Source: Micavibrio sp. (GTDB lineage: Bacteria > Pseudomonadota > Alphaproteobacteria > UBA2400). Taken from it: a stretch of DNA of 64,000 bases. Every line of letters begins with the position of its first letter. Within the stretch, counting starts at the first letter, position 1. The translations under genes were made by a program, and so were the position numbers. The stretch is from the NCBI GenBank assembly GCA_040376705.1, contig JBEIQE010000005.1:64156-128155 (forward strand). The letters run 5' to 3'. Under the pieces are notes generated by a model. It had not been told where the DNA came from. It worked only from the letters and a program-made list of their open reading frames with translations, and did no database searches. Positions 57,575 to 64,000 of this stretch are shown piece by piece.

Positions 57575-57586
57575 CCGGAAATACCT

Positions 57587-58564
57587 TTATTCAAAAGTGG
57601 CAGCGATACGCTGGGTGAGCGCGGGCGAAAGTTTATGTGCCTCATAGGCCTGACGCGCCTCAGCCTGAGCTGTAAGGGCAATTTCCCTTACGCCCGCATC
57701 AGGCCGTTTAGCCAAGACTGACAGACCCTCGAAAACAAGTGCAGGGCGCATATCAGCACTATCTGCTGCGGCGGCGGTCAACCATTCGTTTAGCTGGCGG
57801 TACAGACGCACGGGACCATCGCGCAGGCCATGCTTGCTGCTATCATGCACCAGCACACCGCGCTCGGCATTCGCCTCAAGCACGATGTTATCATTCAGGC
57901 GCAGCTCAGAGTGGGCAGCAAAACCGACAAAAGCCTGCGCTGCCGGATGCGCCTCTAGCGCAGCCTTAAGCTCCGGCGCACCCGACATGGCGTTAAGAAC
58001 ATAAGGATAATTCGAGATGATGGCACCGCGCTGGAACAGGCCCGGAGCGCCAGCGGTCAGGCCCTCAAGTGCGGCCTTGTTCAGTTCGGGGCGGTAGGTT
58101 GCAACTGCGCTGGCCAATTCGCCCACGCCGCAACCCGAGGCACTGCCCAGCAGCATCTGCATACCCTTGGCAACGATATGATCGTCAAGCGCAGGTGCGA
58201 AGAGTGACCAGTCTTTGGCCTTAAGCGCAAACGCTGTGAAGTAAGTGAGATTGTAAGTAACCGGGTTATTTACAACCAGTGCTGTCAGGGTGGTATGCAG
58301 CTCTTCCTGCCCATGCTTGAGCAAGCCTGCATCAGGGCGAATGAACTCAAACACCGGGTTAACCCAATGCGAGCAGCCATCAGCAACATCGCTGCGCACA
58401 AGGTAGCGTATGTCATGTCCAGCAAGTTGGGCTCTGAAGCTCTTGTCGTCACCGATCTTGCTCACGCAATCGGCCCATTCAAATATACGGCCGTTCTTGA
58501 GGCCACGGCGGGCGGCAGAACGATTCCACATTAGGCTGGCGAATTTTGAAACTGGATTTGTCAT
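57587..58564 (-). CDS. hypothetical alpha-helical protein (about 325 aa)
   Basis: Track ORF 57587..58612; start more likely Met17 (MTNPVSKF). No motif recognised. Confidence 0.45.
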   Translation of the reverse strand: MTNPVSKFASLMWNRSAARRGLKNGRIFEWADCVSKIGDDKSFRAQLAGHDIRYLVRSDVADGCSHWVNPVFEFIRPDAGLLKHGQEELHTTLTALVVNNPVTYNLTYFTAFALKAKDWSLFAPALDDHIVAKGMQMLLGSASGCGVGELASAVATYRPELNKAALEGLTAGAPGLFQRGAIISNYPYVLNAMSGAPELKAALEAHPAAQAFVGFAAHSELRLNDNIVLEANAERGVLVHDSSKHGLRDGPVRLYRQLNEWLTAAAADSADMRPALVFEGLSVLAKRPDAGVREIALTAQAEARQAYEAHKLSPALTQRIAATFE

Positions 58565-58737
58565 GCGCCGTTTATAGTTTCCTGAGGGGGAGCACTTCAA
58601 GGTTAATATCAATGGTTAACAGGCCTATTCTCCTGATAAAAACCTGAACTCAATTCGCAGAAATCACAAGTTGCCCGCAAAGCCCACAGACCTCACTTAA
58701 AGTTTTCTTAAACCCCCTGAGGCAGGGTAAAGGCTGC

Positions 58738-59988
58738 GTGGCGGTGAGGGAAAACATGTTCGGTTTTATTTCGCGCCTCTTTGGCCGGGTTTTCTTTTAC
58801 TGCTTCTTCCTGCCACTGCTGGTGATTGCAGCAATAACAGCTCTCGTTTTTGTTGGGCGCGATATCTATAATTACCAGAGCACACAAAATCTGCTGCAGG
58901 CGATGGAGGCCGCTGACCCCACCGATACAGGCAGCTGGGCAACGGCAAATGGCCAGATTGCGCTCATCACTGGGCAGCTGACGGCAGATAGATTATCAGA
59001 CCGTATTACCGATGCCGCGCCGCAGCTGGCGCAATGTGTAGCGCTGGATGTAAATGTCAAAGAGCGCTGGAGCCGTAAGCGTGGCCGCTCATCCAGCAAA
59101 GAGCTGATAGATGAAATACATGTCGCTAACGACCCGCGCGTGGCTGGTATTGCGATTGACCCTGCCTTCCTGCAACCCAAAGATCTTGGGCTGGAGGGCA
59201 TCAGGTTTGGCCGTAACTCGGCCCTTGGGTTTTTGTGCGATGGCGTAAACCCTAATCATACCTGCGAGATCAAAATCACCTGCCTGAATCAGCAGCTGGT
59301 TAGTGCCATGGGCGATATGAGCGGTAACACGGCATGGCGCGTCCTGGCTTACCCCAAGCAGCTGGGTGATGAACACTTGCCCTTGCTGCAGTTAGGCCAG
59401 CAAACACCGCGTGAGTTTGCCAGTACCTTCAAACTGCGCTTCAACAAACTGGGTCCGGCCAATCTCTTCTTTGCCGGGGTTGGCTTCTTCACTGTTCTGG
59501 TTTTCTGTAAAACAAACCGCTTCAAGGCCTTGAGCATGCTGGCCGTTACTGCTGGCCTCATATGGGCGCCTTATGCCCTGCTCGATCTGGCCGAAGTGGC
59601 TTATGCGCCGCTGGTCCTGTTCGTATTTGCAGCGCTTTATCTGTTCAGGCTAACAACCAGCGGCCTGACACCCTTTGCCGAGGGGTTGGCTAGAAAACCT
59701 GCCCCCACCAGCCTGCCTGAGATGATTTACATAACACCAAACTATCTGGCGAGCAGTACCGTCCCGCTTGCAGCCGATAGCAGTTATGATGATCTGGTTG
59801 CACCAGCACTGGCCTATATCAAAGCCCGCCTTAGCCCCCTCACCCTGAGCGCGCTTTCCCCGCAGCAACTGGAAAAGACCGTAACCATGCATATCGAAAC
59901 CCATGCCTGTGAGCGCTGGAAGACACTAACCGAATTGCAGCAAGATGGCCTTGTCGCCAAGGTCATTACCGCGCTGAAAAAGAAGTAG
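58738..59988 (+). CDS. hypothetical integral membrane protein (416 aa)
   Basis: N-terminal TM (FFYCFFLPLLVIAAITALVFV) and central TM cluster (LFFAGVGFFTVLVF..AVTAGLIWAPYALL..LVLFVFAALYLF). Confidence 0.5.
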   Translation: MAVRENMFGFISRLFGRVFFYCFFLPLLVIAAITALVFVGRDIYNYQSTQNLLQAMEAADPTDTGSWATANGQIALITGQLTADRLSDRITDAAPQLAQCVALDVNVKERWSRKRGRSSSKELIDEIHVANDPRVAGIAIDPAFLQPKDLGLEGIRFGRNSALGFLCDGVNPNHTCEIKITCLNQQLVSAMGDMSGNTAWRVLAYPKQLGDEHLPLLQLGQQTPREFASTFKLRFNKLGPANLFFAGVGFFTVLVFCKTNRFKALSMLAVTAGLIWAPYALLDLAEVAYAPLVLFVFAALYLFRLTTSGLTPFAEGLARKPAPTSLPEMIYITPNYLASSTVPLAADSSYDDLVAPALAYIKARLSPLTLSALSPQQLEKTVTMHIETHACERWKTLTELQQDGLVAKVITALKKK

Positions 59989-60011
59989 ATTAAGCGCGTC
60001 GCCCTAATGCG

Positions 60012-60539
60012 CTAGCGCGCCGCCCAAGTGCGTGGTGGGCCGGTATCAATATGCACATGGCCGTTATTGGGATAGAAGGCTACCCCGCCGCGGTTAAGGC
60101 GCATCGCCACCGCCGCTATATCCTGCCCGGCTATGCCCGCAATCTTTATATCTGCCGCCTGACCTTTAAGGTGATAGCTGTTCTCCGCCACCTGGCCCGA
60201 TTGACGGCGTAGAGCGGCATTGGTCTGTGGCGAACGGTAGCCAGAGGTGACAATCACCACCGTTTGCGGGGGACGGCCCAGACCCGCTACAATATCGGCC
60301 ATAAAGTCCAGAAGCCGCGGATCGACCATCACACCCTCAGGGCTGCGCACATCGCGCATCAGGTAAGAGGCCTGCTGCCAGGCACCAAGGTCGAGCTCGC
60401 CATTCGGGTAGCGATACTGCAAGGTGGCACGCTCGGCGGTGCGCTGGTTCTGGAGCGTGACGATGCCCTGCCCGCGCCGCTCGCTGTAGCTGGCGCAACC
60501 TGCCAGCAGCAAAACCATGATTAAGGCAAGCGCGCGCAT
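60012..60539 (-). CDS. mepK: DUF882 / MepK(YcbK)-like peptidoglycan L,D-endopeptidase, lipoprotein
   Basis: Lipobox LLAGC; ..VIVTSGYRSPQTNAALRRQSGQVAENSYHLKGQAADIKI..GGVAFYPNNGHVHIDTG.. matches the DUF882 (M15-like) SGYR..TN..S.H..G.A.D and H.D motifs. Confidence 0.7.
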   Translation of the reverse strand: MRALALIMVLLLAGCASYSERRGQGIVTLQNQRTAERATLQYRYPNGELDLGAWQQASYLMRDVRSPEGVMVDPRLLDFMADIVAGLGRPPQTVVIVTSGYRSPQTNAALRRQSGQVAENSYHLKGQAADIKIAGIAGQDIAAVAMRLNRGGVAFYPNNGHVHIDTGPPRTWAAR

Positions 60540-61144
60540 TAACCTGCCCCCGCCAATGAGTAACCGCCATCAATGGTCAGCAGCAGTGTGGGCGCTGCAG
60601 GATCGGCCTCGATTTTCTGGCGCAGGCGGTAAATATGCGTCTCGAGCGTATGGGTATCGAGCCCTTCACGATACCCCCAGACGCGCTCAAGCAGCTCATC
60701 GCGCTGCATGCCTGCGCTGCCACTTTCGGCCAGCATGCGCAGCAGGTGCACTTCTTTATCGGTCAGCTTGGTGTGCTCATCGCCCTCGGCACTTAACAAC
60801 ACGCGCTCGAGTGGCAGGCAGACATACGGCCCCACCGCAAATTCTTCTTCTGCCTCGCCGCGCCCAAGTAACAATTGAAGGCGGCTGGCCAACTGGCTCC
60901 AGCGCACCGGCGTTGCAATATCCCCGCCCGGCCCAAGGCGCAGCGCCCTGAAGTTGCGGCAGGGCTCGAGGTCAAACTCGCCATCCGGGTTCAGCAGCAA
61001 AGCATCAGGCTTGGCAGCCAGAGCAGTCTTGAATTCGGCCAGTGTGCGGGCCACAGCCAGCTCCAGCCCCGGCCAGCGCGAGAGCTGCTCGGTGAGCGCA
61101 TCCCTTTGGGCAGTCTGGGGGGCAAACAGGAGGAGACTGGGCAT
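60539..61144 (-). CDS. OmpR/PhoB-type winged-helix regulator with atypical receiver-like N-terminus
   Basis: C-terminal trans_reg_C (..LTDKEVHLLRMLAESGSAGMQRDELLERVWGYREGLDTHTLETHIYRLRQKIE..). N-terminal receiver-like region lacks acidic pocket (LLLFAPQ) and has LLN where the phospho-Asp is expected. Start at Met21 of the track ORF. Confidence 0.55.
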   Translation of the reverse strand: MPSLLLFAPQTAQRDALTEQLSRWPGLELAVARTLAEFKTALAAKPDALLLNPDGEFDLEPCRNFRALRLGPGGDIATPVRWSQLASRLQLLLGRGEAEEEFAVGPYVCLPLERVLLSAEGDEHTKLTDKEVHLLRMLAESGSAGMQRDELLERVWGYREGLDTHTLETHIYRLRQKIEADPAAPTLLLTIDGGYSLAGAG

Positions 61145-61243
61145 AACAAGCGGTAGAATCTGCCAGTTCGCCCTGAAGGGCAATATATAAGTGTTGAGAA
61201 TCAAGCTGCTTGCAGCTGGCGCGGGGCTTGCATCTTAACTCTT

Positions 61244-61696
61244 ATGACCATTGACCTTGGCCAGCTGCCTGCTGCGGGGAATAACCCTGCACACCCCACC
61301 ACCGCTTCCGGCAAGCGGAACTGGTCGTGGCAAGCCGTGCATGGCGATGTGCCCAAACCGAGCGCCGATACTGTGCCCGAGCACGAAGGCGGCTTTGCCG
61401 ACCTGATCGACATTATCAACCCGCTGCAGCACATCCCAATCGTGGGGAACATCTACCGCGCCATGACCGGCGATACGATCAACCCGGTCGGGCGCATTCT
61501 GGGTGGCGGGCTCTTTGGCGGGCCGATTGGTTTTCTCTCCGGTATTGGCAGCACTTTAGTGGCCGAAGGCACCGGAAAGGATGTAGGTGAGCATTTACTC
61601 GCATCACTCTTTGGCGATCAGTCTTCAAGCAATTCAATTACTTCGGTGGCGCAAGCATCCGCTCGCTACGATGCAGCGTCACGCATCCGCATGTAG
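61244..61696 (+). CDS. hypothetical protein (150 aa, Gly-rich C-terminal half)
   Basis: Intact ORF divergent from the regulator; ..GRILGGGLFGGPIGFLSGIGSTLVAEG.. glycine-zipper-like. Confidence 0.4.
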   Translation: MTIDLGQLPAAGNNPAHPTTASGKRNWSWQAVHGDVPKPSADTVPEHEGGFADLIDIINPLQHIPIVGNIYRAMTGDTINPVGRILGGGLFGGPIGFLSGIGSTLVAEGTGKDVGEHLLASLFGDQSSSNSITSVAQASARYDAASRIRM

Positions 61697-61716
61697 GCCG
61701 GCTTACTTAAAGGCAG

Positions 61717-62400
61717 CTACCTGCTGCCAAACAAAGCGCTGCCCACTCTTATATATGTAGCACCAGCGGCAACCGCCAACTCGTAATCCCCACTCATACC
61801 CATGCTCAGCTCGGACAGGTGATGTGCTTTGGCCAGGTCGGCCAACTGGGTAAAATACGGCGCCGGATCTTGCCCCCCAATTCCTCCAACTGGCGGAATG
61901 CACATCAGCCCCTCGATCAGCAGACCCGCCTTGGCGCAAGCCTCGAGCAGCCCGGGCAAGTCCTCGGGCAAGACGCCCGCCTTTTGCGGCTCGCGCCCGA
62001 TATTCACCTGCACCAAGAGCCGGGGCTTTTTGCCGGTTGCCGCCATGGCGCTGGCCAGTGCGGCCACCAGCGAAGGCCGGTCGACACTATGTATATAGTC
62101 AAACAGCTCAACCGCGGCTTTGGCCTTATTGCTTTGCAACGGACCGATGAGGTGCAATTCAAGCCCATTTTGTTGCTTTAAGTGCGTGTACTTGGCTTGC
62201 GCCTCCTGCACGCGGTTCTCGGCAAAGCGGGTTTGGCCCAAGGCAACCAGCGCTTTTACTGCCGCTTGATCATGCCCCTTGCTGACGGCGAGCAAGCGCA
62301 CACCCTCTGGCAGGCGGCCAGCAGCAAGAGCGGCTTTCTTCACGTTTGCGGTGATGAGGGCCAGACGGTCGGCGGGAGATGTTTCCATAAGGGAAGGCAT
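61717..62400 (-). CDS. yggS: YggS-family pyridoxal-phosphate homeostasis protein
   Basis: ..RLLAVSKGHDQAAVKAL.. (PLP-Lys), ..LHLIGPLQSNKAK.. , ..LSMGMSGDYELAV..GATYIRVGSALFG; start at internal Met (MPSLMETSP) of track ORF 61717..62493. Confidence 0.82.
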   Translation of the reverse strand: MPSLMETSPADRLALITANVKKAALAAGRLPEGVRLLAVSKGHDQAAVKALVALGQTRFAENRVQEAQAKYTHLKQQNGLELHLIGPLQSNKAKAAVELFDYIHSVDRPSLVAALASAMAATGKKPRLLVQVNIGREPQKAGVLPEDLPGLLEACAKAGLLIEGLMCIPPVGGIGGQDPAPYFTQLADLAKAHHLSELSMGMSGDYELAVAAGATYIRVGSALFGSR

Positions 62401-62607
62401 ACCCCAATTATGAACAGAAGGTAAATACTTGCAACTCCTAGCATTTTTAGGGGTGCGCAACGTTAACCTTTTGTGTCTATTGCGCCACAGCACAAAAGCA
62501 TCAGTATTTTGGGCCTAGTTTCGATTTGCCTGTGCGGCCCTGCCAGCCTTATTCAAGCCTATGCGGGAAAGCCAACCGGCGCTCCCCAACTCTTAGGATT
62601 GGTTGTT

Positions 62608-63705
62608 ATGCGTAAACTCTGGCTTGGAAGCACTGCACTCATCAGCGTACTTGCATTCGCTCCCGCAGCGTATGCCGAGCTTGAAGTTGTTATGGGCGGC
62701 TATGTGAGCACACAGGCAGGGTTCTTTGATAACGACCAGGCCAACAGCTCAGACCGCGACTTCCGCTCGAAGTCGGAAATCCGCATCAACGCCAAAGGCA
62801 CTGCCGACAACGGCCTTGAGTATGGTGCCCGCGTTGACCTGCTGACCTCGACCAACCTTTCTTCAAACGCCCGCCGCACCGGCATCTACGCTTCTGGCCG
62901 CTATGGCCGCGTTGAGTTCGGTGACCTCGATGGCGCTTCACAAAACCTTTCAGTTCTCGGCCCCACAGTTGGCGTCGGCCAGCTCAACGGTTCGTACGTT
63001 AACTTCATCCCCACCGCTTCGCGCCCGTCGGGCAGCTCGGTGGATACGGGCGGCGGCATGATCCGTTCCCTTGATTCAGATCAGGCCACCAAGGTCACCT
63101 ACTACAGCCCCCGTCTCTCGGGCTTCCAGGCTGGCGTCAGCTACGTACCTGAAGTTGATAGCCAGGAAGACGGCGAGCAAGTTCAGTTCGATAACACAGC
63201 CGGCAACCAGCGCGATATGTTCGAGCTGGGCCTGAACTACCGCAACACCTACAGTAACGGTATTCGCGTACGCGCTGGTGCCACCTATGACCTGTCGCAG
63301 GCCAAGGATACCTCAAACCGCGAAGACATCCGCTCGTGGGGCCTCGGCATGCGCGTTGGCTATCAGGGCTTTGAGTTTGGCGGCGCTTATGTTGACAGCG
63401 GCGATTCCAACAACACCGATGGCGTAGCCAACGATGACGAAACAGCTTTCCACGTATCCGGCCGCTACGAGCAGGGCCCGTGGGGCGTAGCACTGAGCTA
63501 CATCAACGAAGATTATGACGCCAACGGCGGCCGCGGTATCGATACCTCGGGCGGCAGCTACAATGCTGTAGTTCTTGGCGGCGCTTACAAGATTGCAGAT
63601 GGTCTGTCGGCAGGTGCCGATCTGGCCTTCTTTGAACGTAACAAGGATACCGGTACCGACGATGACGGTTATGTACTGGTAGTAGAAACCAAAGCCTCAT
63701 TCTGA
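62608..63705 (+). CDS. outer-membrane general porin (Gram-negative porin family)
   Basis: Signal peptide MRKLWLGSTALISVLAFAPAAYA, alternating amphipathic beta-strands, C-terminal Phe (..VVETKASF). Start at Met46 of the track ORF. Confidence 0.8.
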   Translation: MRKLWLGSTALISVLAFAPAAYAELEVVMGGYVSTQAGFFDNDQANSSDRDFRSKSEIRINAKGTADNGLEYGARVDLLTSTNLSSNARRTGIYASGRYGRVEFGDLDGASQNLSVLGPTVGVGQLNGSYVNFIPTASRPSGSSVDTGGGMIRSLDSDQATKVTYYSPRLSGFQAGVSYVPEVDSQEDGEQVQFDNTAGNQRDMFELGLNYRNTYSNGIRVRAGATYDLSQAKDTSNREDIRSWGLGMRVGYQGFEFGGAYVDSGDSNNTDGVANDDETAFHVSGRYEQGPWGVALSYINEDYDANGGRGIDTSGGSYNAVVLGGAYKIADGLSAGADLAFFERNKDTGTDDDGYVLVVETKASF

Positions 63706-63801
63706 GGCTGATGGATTGGAGAGATGGACTATGTGGCCGGTTCATCTCTTCTCTTAAAAAAGACAAGGCCACGCACATGTGCAACTCCCAGGAGGGTTAT
63801 A

Positions 63802-64000
63802 ATGAAGAAGGTTTTACTCGCAACTACAGCCCTGATCGCTGCCAGCGCATTCGCTGCTCCCGCTCAGGCTGAACTCGAAGTCACAGTAGGCGGTTTCACC
63901 GCTTTCCAGGCTGCGATGTTCGACAACGATACAGCTAACAACAGCGACCGTGACTTCCAGTCGGAAGCCCAGATCCTCGTTCGTGCCGACGCTACAGCCG
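63802..64000 (+). CDS. second porin paralog (N-terminal fragment; continues beyond window)
   Basis: GGAGGG Shine-Dalgarno then MKKVLLATTALIAASAFAAPAQAELEVTVGGFTAFQAAMFDNDTANNSDRDFQSEAQI.., which parallels porin 1 (ELEVVMGGYVSTQAGFFDNDQANSSDRDFRSKSEI). Confidence 0.75.
   Translation, partial: MKKVLLATTALIAASAFAAPAQAELEVTVGGFTAFQAAMFDNDTANNSDRDFQSEAQILVRADATA

Noticed and set aside
63706-63800. Possible terminator hairpin after porin 1 (GAGAGATG...CATCTCT)
   Set aside because: A 7-bp stem with a 16-nt loop and no T-run. Not convincing.
1-64000. Search for tRNA/rRNA genes, CRISPR arrays, IS elements, integrases and prophage genes
   Set aside because: No cloverleaf-compatible conserved tRNA boxes in intergenic regions. 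No regularly spaced direct repeats outside the coding 144-bp array. No transposase or integrase-like ORFs. The AT-rich islets have no flanking direct repeats that I could see.

Overview
This is a high-GC (about 60%) chromosomal segment. Its housekeeping gene order is typical of an alphaproteobacterium (lysC-NMO-ptsP-rodZ-ispG-x-prfA-prmC-DUF4167; grxC / C-N hydrolase / murI / comF; lysC divergent from ubiG), so it is probably Rhodospirillales/Acetobacteraceae-like, but the taxon is not certain. The window reads as follows, left to right. (1) The 5' 8.8 kb is the minus strand of one giant gene of about 60 tandem 48-aa repeats, with the ATG near 8840 and the C-terminus beyond the window start. 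(2) A divergent manC follows. (3) Then a compact minus-strand operon rsmI-yraN-X-BON-sirB1-gshB-orf79, facing an LpoA-like lipoprotein. (4) rsmC, prmC/prfA, ispG/rodZ, ptsP, an NMO-family flavoenzyme, lysC and ubiG. (5) A three-gene putative lipid-modifying operon: a zinc-ribbon SAM methyltransferase, a membrane fatty-acid desaturase and a secreted protein. (6) C-N hydrolase-grxC-murI-comF, an NDUFAF5/BioC-like methyltransferase, mutT and a parvulin PPIase. (7) Two AT-rich islets: a membrane protein, and a tandem pair of orphan prepilin-like genes. (8) secA with a clean intrinsic terminator. (9) A 4.4-kb, seven-gene, same-strand cluster of lineage-specific proteins: a TIKI/TraB-like two-GxxH protein, one Pol-beta-type nucleotidyltransferase-like protein with an intact hG[GS]...DhD motif, and several degenerate paralogs. 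This is the top candidate for an undescribed system. (10) lolA, which is separated from ftsK by an inserted block containing an AstE/AspA-family deacylase, an ATP-grasp ligase and two paralogous hypotheticals. (11) ftsK and a UbiH-family hydroxylase. (12) A six-gene, translationally coupled operon of small proteins, four of them paralogs. This is the second candidate. (13) Two unknown genes, a MepK-like DUF882 endopeptidase with an atypical OmpR-type regulator, yggS, and two tandem porin paralogs. No rRNA, tRNA, CRISPR array, transposase or integrase was recognised. Many long plus-strand ORFs in 1..8900, and several antisense ORFs inside conserved genes, are artefacts of high GC. Hand-derived coordinates (terminators, internal start choices) may be off by 1-2 nt; ORF-track coordinates were used wherever possible.
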